Source: a virus (taxonomy: Duplodnaviria; Caudoviricetes). Taken from it: a stretch of DNA of 56,390 nucleotides. The number at the start of each line of letters is the position of its first letter. The first letter of the stretch is position 1. The translations under genes and the position numbers were made by a program. Below, piece after piece: positions 18,991 to 30,000 of this stretch. Below the pieces are notes generated by a model. It did not search any database. It had not been told where the DNA came from and saw only the letters and a program-made list of their open reading frames with translations. Location of the stretch: the IMG/VR virus record IMGVR_UViG_3300006736_003202, positions 1 through 56,390 of that record, one strand, 5' to 3'.

Positions 18991-19937
18991 AATTAGTTGT
19001 TATAACAGGATGTTTGGGTCTTATTGGCTCGTACGTGACACGCAAATGCCTTGAAAAAGGATGGAAGGTATATGGGGTCGATAAGTGTACCTACGCAGCC
19101 AACGAAGAATTTTTGAATGAGTTTTTCAAACACCCCAACTTTACATTTTGCAAAGAGGATATTGCCACTCTTACATATTTGCCGGATTGCGACTGTGTTA
19201 TTAACGTCGCTGCTGAATCCCACGTAGGTAACAGCATTATCGATAGTGCTGATTTTATTAAGACTAATGTAGTGGGAGTGAAGAACCTTTTAGATCTTGT
19301 TCGCAATAAGGCGCATAACGTAAGCGACAGACCGCTATTTTTTCACTTTAGTACAGATGAGGTTTACGGAGATATCACCGAAGGCGAACATATAGAGACC
19401 GATATTTTAAAGCCTAGTAATCCTTATTCTGCCTCTAAAGCAGCTGCCGACATGCTCATTTTAGCATGGTCTCGCACCTACGGAATAAAGTATATAATTT
19501 TACGCCCAACTAATAATTATGGTATAGGACAATACCCCGAAAAACTCATTCCAGTTTCAGTGAAGTTGTTAATGCGCGGCAAAAAGATTAAATTACATAA
19601 TGAAGGGCTGCCAATCAGAAACTGGCTACACGCCGACGATACAGCCAATGCAGTAGTGACCTTGGTGGAATCTGGAAACACAAATGAAATATATAACGTG
19701 GCCGGCGTCTTTGAACAGAAAAATATTGATACAGTAACGAAAATCTGTGAATGTTATTTTGGAGAAAAAAGAGACTGGTCTCCATATTTAGATTTGGCAT
19801 ATGTACGAGAAGGCCAGGACGTACGATATGCCCTTAATGATGACAAGTTACGTCATTTAAACTGGCACACAAAAAAAAACTTTGATGATGAAATTCAACA
19901 TATAGTTGAATATTATAAAAATAATTTTAAATGGTAA
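18987..19937 (+). CDS. rfbB: dTDP/UDP-glucose 4,6-dehydratase (RmlB-like)
   Basis: TGCLGLIGS, AAESHV, STDEVYGD, PSNPYSASKA, NNYG..QYPEKLIP, RNWLH..D, D.RYA. Confidence 0.88.
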   Translation: MKLVVITGCLGLIGSYVTRKCLEKGWKVYGVDKCTYAANEEFLNEFFKHPNFTFCKEDIATLTYLPDCDCVINVAAESHVGNSIIDSADFIKTNVVGVKNLLDLVRNKAHNVSDRPLFFHFSTDEVYGDITEGEHIETDILKPSNPYSASKAAADMLILAWSRTYGIKYIILRPTNNYGIGQYPEKLIPVSVKLLMRGKKIKLHNEGLPIRNWLHADDTANAVVTLVESGNTNEIYNVAGVFEQKNIDTVTKICECYFGEKRDWSPYLDLAYVREGQDVRYALNDDKLRHLNWHTKKNFDDEIQHIVEYYKNNFKW

Positions 19938-19948
19938 AAGGAGAAAAT

Positions 19949-20161
19949 ATGCATTTATCAAATCAAGCACTTGGCGCTATTATGATGGCGCTTCAAGAAT
20001 CACTCTTAAATGAATTGGACATTGTCCCAATTCTTAAGGGGTTCGAACTAGAAGAATCAGGAAAAGGTGACCTCATCGTGAAAAATCCCCCCACTGTAAG
20101 ATTCACAGACGATAGTACGATTACAGAAGAAGATTTAGTAAAGATGGCTCGGGATGCCTAG
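19949..20161 (+). CDS. Small hypothetical phage protein
   Basis: AAGGAG SD before ATG 19949; overlaps the next gene; no motif recognised. Confidence 0.7.
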   Translation: MHLSNQALGAIMMALQESLLNELDIVPILKGFELEESGKGDLIVKNPPTVRFTDDSTITEEDLVKMARDA

Positions 20162-20420
20162 GTATCGATATCTATGTAACGAGTGTAAAATAGAGACCAC
20201 CCTACGTCATACCATCAAGGAGACAGTGCAGGACTGCGACTTGTGTGGTACAAAAGGAAGTATGAAGAAATTGCTTTCAAAACCCTTGTATACTTCCAAA
20301 ACACCAATATCTGCGGATACAAAGGTGGGAGAATTAACTCAACAATATATCGAAGACAATCGAGAAATTCTAAATCAAATGAAACAAAAAGCAAAAGAGG
20401 AAGCCCATGAGCCGACTTGA
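20154..20420 (+). CDS. FmdB-family zinc-ribbon protein
   Basis: MPRYRYLCNEC...CDLCG...MKKLLS signature. Confidence 0.85.
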   Translation: MPRYRYLCNECKIETTLRHTIKETVQDCDLCGTKGSMKKLLSKPLYTSKTPISADTKVGELTQQYIEDNREILNQMKQKAKEEAHEPT

Positions 20421-20775
20421 AATAATATTGGCCGTCATTCTATCTCTTTCTTTGGTGTTTAATGGGGTAGTGTTTATATATGCGCGCGCCGCCATCGCGC
20501 GCTTGTTGATGGTTTCCGAAGAACTAGGCGACCTTCAACAAATGATCAATGCTTTCGCTATCCATACTAAAAATATATATGAATTAGAGATGTTTTATGG
20601 AGATCAATCGCTAAAAAGCCTTTTGGAGCATGCGGTTTCCTTTAATGAACAGATGGAAACATTTGAATACATATACTCCCTTACCGAAGAAGAAATAGAA
20701 AACTCCGAGCCAGAGGAAGAAGAAAATGAAAACGAGATTATAGATGACACAGAAGAAGAAAACAAAGAAACGTAA
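20407..20775 (+). CDS. Single-pass membrane protein with acidic tail
   Basis: Hydrophobic N-terminus IILAVILSLSLVFNGVVFIYA; Glu-rich C-terminus. Confidence 0.7.
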   Translation: MSRLEIILAVILSLSLVFNGVVFIYARAAIARLLMVSEELGDLQQMINAFAIHTKNIYELEMFYGDQSLKSLLEHAVSFNEQMETFEYIYSLTEEEIENSEPEEEENENEIIDDTEEENKET

Positions 20776-21439
20776 AAATTATTATTTTACAAAAGATCAC
20801 GAAAATGCGATTGTGCGATATTCAAATACCACTTGCATTCGAGAACGCACAGAATTATATGAACGCTGGATTGGGCCTGCCCTAAATGAAATGGTAGACA
20901 AAATTGTGTTTACCTATAAATTCACTAATTTACCAAATATTGATTCGCTACGCGACGAATGTAAAGTTTGGCTTGTTACTATTTTGGACAAATACGATCA
21001 GAGCCGCGGCTCAGCAGCCTTTTCTTATTTTAGCGTAATCACTAAAAACTGGTTTATTCACAAGGTTAAAAAACAACAAAAGCGTCAACGTCGCGAAGTT
21101 GATTATGACAACATTTCTAAATATTACGAAGAGAAATACCTCTCTACTACCGAATCGTATGTAAGTGAGAGAGAAGAAGAAGAATTTTGGGACTCATTTT
21201 ATAAAGAACTGCAATCTTGGGATGTATCTCAAATGAAGGAGAACGACCTAAAGGTTTACCAGGCAATAAATATTTTATTCGAATCCAAAGAGGACATCGA
21301 AATTTTTAATAAAAAAGCTATTTATCTATACTTGCGGGAGATAACGGGTCTAAACACAAAACAGATTGTTAATTCTCTAAAGAAGTTCCGTAAAAAATAC
21401 AGTAATTTTAAACAATCATGGAATACGGGGGTACTATGA
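20744..21439 (+). CDS. Phage RNA polymerase sigma factor (sigma70 region-2 type; probable late sigma, functionally gp55-like)
   Basis: NYYF...E.AI..Y, region 2-like LDKYDQSRGSAAFSYFSVITKNWFI, C-terminal HTH-like LREITGLNTKQI; lies just upstream of the structural genes. Confidence 0.75.
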   Translation: MTQKKKTKKRKNYYFTKDHENAIVRYSNTTCIRERTELYERWIGPALNEMVDKIVFTYKFTNLPNIDSLRDECKVWLVTILDKYDQSRGSAAFSYFSVITKNWFIHKVKKQQKRQRREVDYDNISKYYEEKYLSTTESYVSEREEEEFWDSFYKELQSWDVSQMKENDLKVYQAINILFESKEDIEIFNKKAIYLYLREITGLNTKQIVNSLKKFRKKYSNFKQSWNTGVL

Positions 21440-21726
21440 GCACTAAGAAAGTAGAAATATTAATAGGCGAAGCTCTCGACAACATCAGATCGGATCGTAA
21501 ACTTGCGCGCGAATTTCTTAATGATATCGCCAACGAGATTGCAACTGACACCGAAAAGATCGCGCGCCTGAGCCCAGTTGCAGCTAAACACGTAGAAACG
21601 CTGCAGCGCTCCAACGAACAACTAGTCAAGCTTATAGGAATGCAGCAGAAAGGTCAAAAGAGTGTCGATTTCTCAGAAGATGATAAAAATAGCCTATTTG
21701 ATATAATTCAGGGGGGTGTAGAATGA
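21436..21726 (+). CDS. Small helical/coiled-coil protein (possibly terminase small-subunit-like)
   Basis: ATGA overlap with the sigma gene; helical-hairpin pattern ...HVETLQRSNEQLVKL. The function call is weak. Confidence 0.55.
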   Translation: MSTKKVEILIGEALDNIRSDRKLAREFLNDIANEIATDTEKIARLSPVAAKHVETLQRSNEQLVKLIGMQQKGQKSVDFSEDDKNSLFDIIQGGVE

Positions 21727-22943
21727 GTGAAACTTTTGATCATTCGGTTTTTTCCGACAACAGATCAGCTGTCGATGTTTTTGCGCAATCTATTCGCCGA
21801 GTCTATAGAGGTCCCCTGGGCGGCCAACGCTTCCACGCATTAGTTTTAGCTCCAATTCAGCAAGCAGGGGGAGGTGTCTTTAAGTATAAGGCGCGCATTC
21901 TTGCGCCCGAAGCCGGCAGCCGTACTCCCAACCCACACGCAGCGCTACCCGATCCATGCAAGATATCTTGGGCCGCAGATCCAGCAGGAGTTAACGATGC
22001 CATTCGATTGCACACCACGTTTTATTCTACATATAATAGCAGGGGACAGGTGCCGGCGGGTGGTGATGTAGTTATCGTGGCACTTGATCTAGGAGCAAAC
22101 GGCACTTGGAACTTAGCAGATGGTGAACATCTAGGAATAGCTCGCAAGGGTGCGTACGCCGCGGCAGGTAAAACGGCTGCAGAGTGCGAGGGCCTTGCCT
22201 CTAAATTTGGTACAGATGCCGGTGACCTAACTTTGTTTGCAACCGCCCAAGATGCAGCTATATGGATGCCTATATTTAATGGGATTAGCGCCGATGGTAC
22301 AATGAAAGATAAGGTAACATTCAAGGGGAATCCATATGGGCCTCCCGCCAACTCACTTGCATCATATTCAAATTTGATTATTGCGGCATGCCACGCATCG
22401 AAACCATCGCGCACCGATGTCTCCATTGGATCCAATGGAGCTGGGCGCTCCGTGCAGTCCACCTGGGAGGCCGGCCCCGGCCGATCCAAACTATCCTTAC
22501 ACATGCTGTACATGGCACATGATCTTAAAATAACAACAAATCCTGCGTCCGTCGGGCTGACCGGTGTCGAGGCTGTTCCCACCTATGGAGGTAAGTCCAA
22601 CAAAATTTTAGCTAAAGACACACAGCTTATGCAATGTATGTTGGCTGCAGAGGCGGCTTCTGGTGGCAAATACAAGTGGGGTGGAAAACTTGGCGGCCGC
22701 ACCGGGCAACCCGGAGACATAAATGTTACAGAACTCCATCACTGGCAATATAATGAAGATACTATAGAGGGCCAGGGGCTTTGGTTGGCCGCTCAAAAAC
22801 ATTATTACGCCAAAATGAAGACTCTCGAGTCGGCCCTCAAAACCGCAAATATTGAGAGCTTTGAAAGTCTTCGTAATCATAATACACGTCTAACTCTTTA
22901 CACTCATTTAGCTGGTATCTTTGGAGCTTTTGGTGTCTTTTAA
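21723..22943 (+). CDS. Baseplate hub/gp5-N-like protein with C-terminal M15-family zinc peptidase (virion-associated peptidoglycan hydrolase)
   Basis: N-part has OB-like V.A...YKARI...P..GDVV.V. C-part has R-S, SLHMLYMAHD (SxHxxxxAxD), WGG and ELHHWQY (ExxH). Confidence 0.65.
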   Translation: MSETFDHSVFSDNRSAVDVFAQSIRRVYRGPLGGQRFHALVLAPIQQAGGGVFKYKARILAPEAGSRTPNPHAALPDPCKISWAADPAGVNDAIRLHTTFYSTYNSRGQVPAGGDVVIVALDLGANGTWNLADGEHLGIARKGAYAAAGKTAAECEGLASKFGTDAGDLTLFATAQDAAIWMPIFNGISADGTMKDKVTFKGNPYGPPANSLASYSNLIIAACHASKPSRTDVSIGSNGAGRSVQSTWEAGPGRSKLSLHMLYMAHDLKITTNPASVGLTGVEAVPTYGGKSNKILAKDTQLMQCMLAAEAASGGKYKWGGKLGGRTGQPGDINVTELHHWQYNEDTIEGQGLWLAAQKHYYAKMKTLESALKTANIESFESLRNHNTRLTLYTHLAGIFGAFGVF

Positions 22944-22954
22944 AAAGAGGAAAA

Positions 22955-24031
22955 ATGACTAAGAAAGATAAGAAAATTTGGAGTAAAGAGAAATTCTCCG
23001 CCGAACGAAGAGCAATAGTTGAAGATGTTTATGCCAAGATGAAGGGCTCGGGCAATGCCCGCTCCACTACAACATCCGAAGGCATTGATACGACCACAGA
23101 GTCTGCTGTAACGCTAGGTGATCCATCCGATTATTATGATAATCCTCCTTATGTTTTGCCAGATAATAGTGGTCTTTATCATACGGATGTCGCGACTCCA
23201 CGCGTGCACTACAAGCGCGCCAAAGGCGAAAAGATTATTAAAAGAAAGAACGCTTATATAGTTCTTGGCCGAGATCGACCCAGTTCAAATCGCAGCGGAT
23301 GGGGATCTAAAGGGGCGATAAATGCCGCTAGCATTGATTTGGTGGTAGGTAGAATGGCTGGTGCACGAGACGGACAAGGAGTAGATGATGGTACCCATGT
23401 TGACAACTCCTTCAGTGCCGATGCAGCACGTATTCACATAAGTCAGATGACAGATATTGATAAAAACTTCGGTATAGCCACCAATGAGATTACCGCAGCC
23501 CCTCCCCGTTCTGGTATTGGTATTAAAGCGGATCTCGTGCGCGTGATTGGTCGCGAAGGAGTGAAAATCGTTACCGGAAAGTGTGACGGTTGTAAGCCGG
23601 CTGAAAAAAACTCTATGGGTGGAAAATTACTTCCCGCGCCGCGCATCATCTTACAAGCCGGCAACAATGTCGAGTCTCGTATGGTGTTTGGTGGCCTTTT
23701 TAATACACCTGAAAAATACAACAACCTGCAAGGTGTGGCTCGTGGAGAGAATGTTGTAGAATCTCTTCGTGATTTAGCTGAAATTTTAGACGAGGTGATG
23801 AGCGCTCTTATTAACTTCCTATTACTTCAACAAGCATTCAATGGTGCGGTCGGAGTAGACCCGATTCGTCCGTGGGTGCCGACAGCTGCTGGAAGTTTCG
23901 TGGCATTGTCGATCCCGTGGATAATGGACAGCATAATACAAACGCGCACCAACAAAACCCTGTGGGAAATTAATCACCTATATCCATGCGGTTACCGCTT
24001 TATCCCGAGCCGGAATGTGTATTCCACTTAA
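22955..24031 (+). CDS. Probable baseplate central spike (gp5 C-terminal beta-helix-like) protein
   Basis: Short beta-repeat character (IVLGRD, IDLVVGR, ARIHISQ, IGIKADLVRVIGREGVKI), then a GE...E.L..L..I helix; lies upstream of gp25. Confidence 0.5.
   Translation: MTKKDKKIWSKEKFSAERRAIVEDVYAKMKGSGNARSTTTSEGIDTTTESAVTLGDPSDYYDNPPYVLPDNSGLYHTDVATPRVHYKRAKGEKIIKRKNAYIVLGRDRPSSNRSGWGSKGAINAASIDLVVGRMAGARDGQGVDDGTHVDNSFSADAARIHISQMTDIDKNFGIATNEITAAPPRSGIGIKADLVRVIGREGVKIVTGKCDGCKPAEKNSMGGKLLPAPRIILQAGNNVESRMVFGGLFNTPEKYNNLQGVARGENVVESLRDLAEILDEVMSALINFLLLQQAFNGAVGVDPIRPWVPTAAGSFVALSIPWIMDSIIQTRTNKTLWEINHLYPCGYRFIPSRNVYST
24023..24030 (+). promoter_or_regulatory. Candidate late promoter element (YAHTTA)
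   Basis: TCCACTTA ends 17 nt before ATG 24048; overlaps a stop codon. Confidence 0.25.
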
Positions 24032-24047
24032 CCAAGGAGAAATATAA

Positions 24048-27000
24048 ATGGCAGACTCTACTTTTTTATCATGGCAAGATAGAAACAATGATGGCTTAAT
24101 AGATGTGTGCGGCCCTGCACCATCCTCACCCATTATTTGTTTAGAATGTTCTCCCAATCCTAAAGCTTTGGTACCAAACTGGCGTAATCGAACAATAGAC
24201 GAACCATTCTTAAACGAGAAATTGTGTGAATATTGGATCACTGTTCCTACCGCATATACCGAGATTTCACATAATCTAGAGGGAAAGGCAGAAATTCAAA
24301 AAACACGAGCGGTATCTGCCTTGTTGGACATTTTTGATAAAGATACTTCGCACGAGACCTTTAGTGCATTAAGCGCCGCACTACATCTTAAAGATTTTGA
24401 TCTAGATCCACGCCCTAACAGCAGAGCTAAATTTCTATATGGGGTTTCTTATTCGGATTTACATGATCTTAAAGATGCCGTGGAAGAAGACGAAGAAGTA
24501 GAAGAGGAACGCGAGGATGTTTTGGTAACATATCAAGCATCATCAATCAAATCTCAATTAATTCGGGTTAGAAAGGGCTTGAGTTTATATTCGCGCTTTC
24601 TAAAAGTGTACCAAGGAGTCGAAGGAGGAAACTTATATTTTGAAGATGCGGAGTCCGGTGAATCAAGAGCCATTTTTAATTTAGAAAGTTATGGTGATAT
24701 TGGAATGTGGCCAAGCGCCTCTAAGATGGGTTCGATGTTGGTAGAGTTAGATAAGTTTTTAAATGGCAAAGGCCTAAACATTCCTGGTAGCGGCCCTATT
24801 GTCTTTTTTCAAGATCGCGTGGTTAAAATAGAGATTTTATATAGTGGAGAATATGATTTAAAAAGAATGAAAGTGTGGACTGAAGACTGTGGGGAAAAGC
24901 CCAAGGTTTACACAAGCAAATTAAGCCGGCTTAAATCAAAACCCGGTTGGCGCGATAGAACTGCGCGCGGCTATTTTGCGCAGCTTCAACAAATGCACTC
25001 AGCACTTGGCGCGCGCGAAGCGTGGCCATGGATAGAATTTGTAACTAATTTTACCTACCCTCCTGTAATAGCAGTGAAGCTTCCTACTGATTCAACTCCC
25101 GGCGAAACGGTGGGAAGCTGTGTAATGGAGGCGCTAGAAAACGAAGCCAAACAACTAGGACAAGATATTTTGGATGATGTGTTTGGTTTGGGAGATGCAA
25201 TTGCCTATATGTTTCACAACAATTTGTGTCAATCTTCATTAGAGGACGTTATTGCATCTGATGAAGAGTTGGGCCTTCTTCCTAATTTGGATAACCCCGG
25301 CGCATTTGATCGCAGCAAGGTGTCGTCCATGGCCACGGAACAAGCGTTTAAGAAGCTGAAGACCAATAATCCTATCGGTAATTATTTATGCGCAAATGTG
25401 TTGGGATTAGGTTTGCCTGCCGTGGGTGGCATATGCGGAAGTGCCGGCGCCCAAATGGAAGCGCTATGGAAGGAGGGGTTTGATGGTCTTAAATGGTGTG
25501 GTTTATTAGATCTGCTTATGGAGGTCATCAGATGCTTGATGGGCGGCCTTACTTTAGAAGAAGCCCTCGCGAGTATTTGTGAAAGCGCACTCCAAGCAAT
25601 GGGTATAGAGAATTTCGGCGATCTTTTTATTGGCCTTGATCCTGAAAAGCAAGCTGCATTAGATGCTCTAGTGAAGCAAAAGCTTTCCGAAGGACAACTT
25701 TTTAAATCCGACTCACAAAATGCGATTGTGGGAGATTCGACCGCCGGCAACTATGTCATAGAGAAGCCCTGGGAAAACCAAGAGCTAATTGATAAGGAAC
25801 GCAAAAATCAAGTAGAAGGGCCGGTTGATGGGATGACACCTCAGCAAACACAAGATACATCCACCGCTCAGCGTCGTACACTCGCACAACAATTTGACAT
25901 GGGAGCATCAGCTAACCAGTTAGACTCCAATATTGTAATGCAGGCTTATTTTAAGGCTCTGCTGGAGATGTTTGATGGGATGCTGTTGGAACTGGTAGAT
26001 ATACTTAATAAATTCCCTGGCGCTCAGCTTATAGCAGGAATCATAGCTTTACTCGACTGTCCGCGCCCACCCATCTTTAACCCCAGCATAATGGATTTCC
26101 TAAAAGATCTTGAGCTACCTTTTTGTCGAAATATGACGGATATCACCCTTCCTCGTATAGAAAACCCTTTCGGATGGCTTCCCAAATTTAAAGATATTTG
26201 GCGATGGTTGTGGCTAGCTTTAAAGTGTGCAATTCAACAGTTAATTGTTTCAATTTTGATGAAGCTTTTGGTAAAACTATGTGAGTTGTTAGGAGACGCG
26301 ATATGTAAGGCTCTAGAAGTTGCAGGCGCTATGGCGGCTGCGTTAGTGGACTCTAGCACAACCTTTGCGGCTGCAATTAGGAAGGCGATTTGTGGAGAGG
26401 AGGCAGACGATGCACAAGTTGAAGCCACCATTGAAGATCTTTTTGGTACTTTAGGCGCCGGCGGCGCCGCATTTGGCGACCGAGAGGCTGTGATTAACTT
26501 TGCTGAAGATATTGCCTCTTCTGTAACTCAACGCGAACTACTAGAAGGGTTTACAGGAGTGCCTTCCCAAGCATTGTTGAATATCACTGATACTCTTATT
26601 GAGTGGGAGTATCCTGAATTTCGCGATGGTCTCGGTGGAACAGATGACATCGAAAGATTTTTTGTCAATGTTGGAAAATTACTTCCGGTCGACTTTAAGG
26701 CCGAAATCGAAGATTATTTGGATAGTGTTCCTCTAAACGATACAACTCCTGCTAACCCAACTTTATGTGCAACCCCTAAACAATTGGAAGATTTTAAAAA
26801 CTTACGTTGTGAATTACTTGAGGGAAGAGCAACCAAAGAACAATGCGATGCTATGTATGAGAGTATCAGAGGGCAATTTTTAGACGATTTGGATGATTTG
26901 GGTGCAGTAGTTCAAGGAGGTCCAACCGCGTTTATCATGGACAATATGCCTCCCATCGTCTCCACTAACCCTGACCCAGATTGTCAGGATGGATTAATAC

Positions 27001-30000
27001 CCTTAGAGCCCGAAGAGGCCGCGGCGTCCGCCAAGGCAGCATTAGGCGGAGCTTTAGAGCAATTAAAAGTAGACTTTTCGAAAGATATGTTGGGTAATGG
27101 AGGGTTGTTTGCAAGCGATAAAGATTGGGGGATGATAAATATGATTCTCTCCGACACAATGGGAAAACCATATACCGCTCACAAAAGGAAAGTTTTTAAT
27201 GATCGTAGTTATGTGGATTTTTATGTGGATTTAGGTAACACTTGGGCCTCGGCGTTTGACAAAGATCAAGCCGCCTTTGAACAAGTGTCCGCCCTGTACA
27301 AGCAACAGGGCGCGTACCCCGTCCGCGTCGGGGGATGGCTACAAGATTATATGAAGGACGAAGTAGAAATAAATTTTAAAGGAAATAATAGCCTCGCTGG
27401 TAGAAAGGACACGTATGTTTCCTTCGAGACACTAGGGTTTACAGGACTTTTTGGTGGGGATATTGATCTGTTGGCAGTCCCAGATATGGGGTATAATATA
27501 GGATTGGGTGTCAATATGGGCGCCGAATCCGTCCTTTTTAAGAGAATGCCCCGGAAGGCCTCTCCTGACCTTAATTTAAGCTTCAGAGACAATGCCAAAG
27601 GTCTCTCGGCGAATTTCGGTGGAACATATGCGTGGGGGTATGATGCTCAGATCTATCTTTCTGATTTGGTACAACCAGAAAGTGCGCCACATAATATGGG
27701 TAGCAGCCCAGTAGGAACGTATTCTTATGCCGATAACGCTCGCGTCAAAATTACTGAATTTTTTAACATGGGAGTTGATACAGACTTTTCTCCAACTCAA
27801 CATATGGACAGAAAAGAGAAAAAAGAATTTGAGAAAGATCAAAAAAACAGCATTATTAAAGATAGAGCATTAGAGTTTGTAGCTATTGACGATGCCTTTG
27901 AAAATTTTGAAGAAATTGCTGCCGATTATCCCAATTTCTATCAATGTTTTACAAATCTCGTAGGCGCCCCTCCCGAAACAATCCTGCTGAAAGAAATGAT
28001 AAATAGTGGCTCTCAGGCAATCGGTATCCCCGTTGATACCGTCACATCCGGCGCTGCCGGCGACGCTCGCGACGACGCCATCCAAACACTTACTAAGCGA
28101 TTCATGGATCTCGTGGCCAATAATGATATAGCCTTTAATTACGGTGCGCAATTTGATCCCCTCACACTGAGTGATATCGAATATGTAACGGACAATGGGG
28201 TGGCTTACCATGAAGCGGTAAATGACGAGGGTGAGCCGTTAAGTAATGATGATATGATTTTGGGTAAAAGCCGAGATCAGTATCTAAATGGGAAGGATGC
28301 TCGCGTCATTTATTTAGATCCCAATAAATTTGGCGGTACATATATGAATCCTCCTCTTTATATTCGACCGGTTGTGAATAAGGGGTGGCTTGGAATGGTG
28401 GATGTACTGTTTCCCGATATAAGCCCATGTAAACCACAACGAACTGATTTGATTGATTTCGGCGATATCCAAGACAAAATTAATGAGCGATATCCGCAAA
28501 TCCCTCACGATCAGCGCCTTAAATCCGATCCAGATTGCGTTTTAGAAGTCCCATTTAATAGAATTTTAGAGCGCTCAGCAAAAGCAGAATTAGAAGGTCT
28601 TATAAGTTCTGCCATTCGAGCTTTCGTTAGTGTGGAAATGCTCAAAGGTCTCGCAACATTTAGCACCTTTAACCCTAGTTGTCCATATACATATAGTAAA
28701 TTATTTGCTGCCTATGTGGTAGAGCTAATGGAAAAGGGGTTCAAAGATCCTTCAACAGCTCCTTGGGACTTTTTCAGCCCTTTCAGCGATCACGAATTTT
28801 GGTATGCATTTCTAGAAACTGCCGTTCAAATATATAATTATAGAATTAGTTTAGATGAGATCCAGCCCCCGCAGAGTGTTTTAGGGGCTTTGATCGAAAT
28901 AGATAACATGCAATCTGAATATAAATACCCATATCACGAAGAGCTTTCGGATGCTAAGTCGACAAACCCCCGAGACGCAGGGATGCTCGAAACTCTAAAG
29001 GGATATCGTGAAAGTAAAAACCTTGAAGCCGTACAAAAAATCGAAGAGTCCGCCAAAATTGTATTGGCTGAGTTAGTTGTCGAACAAATCAACTATATGG
29101 GCAAAAAATTCGTAGATAATCTCAAAGTATTAGACATAAAACCAACTATATTTGATTTAGATTATTATTTATTGCAATATTTCGCCGCTGGAAGTGAATT
29201 GATTTTAGATTGGGACATCAAGCCGGAAGTTGTTGGCTTAGGTGAGCCCGGGGACAGCGAATTATATACCTCTGGCAAGTCTTTTTCTGATGCGGAAACA
29301 GGTGAAGAATATGAGGGATATTATCATGTGTTCCGCGATCCCATGGATGGCAGCGCGCTATATGCCGCCGGCGAATTTTGGATAGCAGATGACGAGCCGC
29401 GGCTATTGCGGCCACTAGCAAACAAGCTCACTGTACCCATCGGAGACGTGGCTAGTTTGGGAGAAGCAAGTCCAGGTTCTGACGATTTCTTGATTATTGA
29501 AAAGTATATCAGTATTAATGGCGGCAAAAAAACTCCAGCCGACGCGCTAGCTGTAATTAAAGATCTGCCGCCCACAGATAATATTTCTCAACATTATCCC
29601 GGTTCGATGGAAAACGTCTATAACGACGATGGAGAAGAGGTGGGAATAAAAGGAAGCATGGGAGTTCGTTATGGGCTTCAAGTGAGTGCTGTGATCGGCA
29701 GCCAGCAGGTGCCGATTACGTCCGTTGAAGTGGATTCTTTGGACGTAGAGTGTGCTAATGCGCAGCCCTTTGAAGCAGATAGTAACCTTTTATATTGTTT
29801 AATTTTGAAACTAAGGGAAGATGCGCGATTCAAACTATTGACACGTTATATTCTTCCACTACCAAAGATGGTTTCACTCATTGCCATTTATAACTCCTAT
29901 GGGCTTTTGCAGTCTATTGGACAAATTTGCGCCGAGACGGGAGATACTTTTGGGGTCACGCCCCCCGGCAAATTTGCAGGAATCGGCACCAAACCAGGGC

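Noticed and set aside
19871-19879. A9 homopolymer (and A8 near 156) as a phase-variation tract
   Set aside because: Short, in frame, Lys-coding and expected in AT-rich sequence; the genes are intact.
299-19937. Ordinary bacterial O-antigen/capsule locus
   Set aside because: No wzx/wzy/wzz/ABC or priming transferase and no housekeeping flanks; it is bounded by phage nuclease, sigma and baseplate genes.
299-19937. DNA hypermodification cluster
   Set aside because: No hydroxymethylase, TET/JBP, aGPT-PPlase or nucleotide kinase recognised, and the enzyme diversity fits a complex glycan better. Not strictly excluded for the GT4 pair.
22022-22582. 186-aa minus-strand ORF and the other short antisense or alternate-frame ORFs in the track
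   Set aside because: They lie within or across well-supported + strand genes, lack motifs, and look like shadow ORFs.
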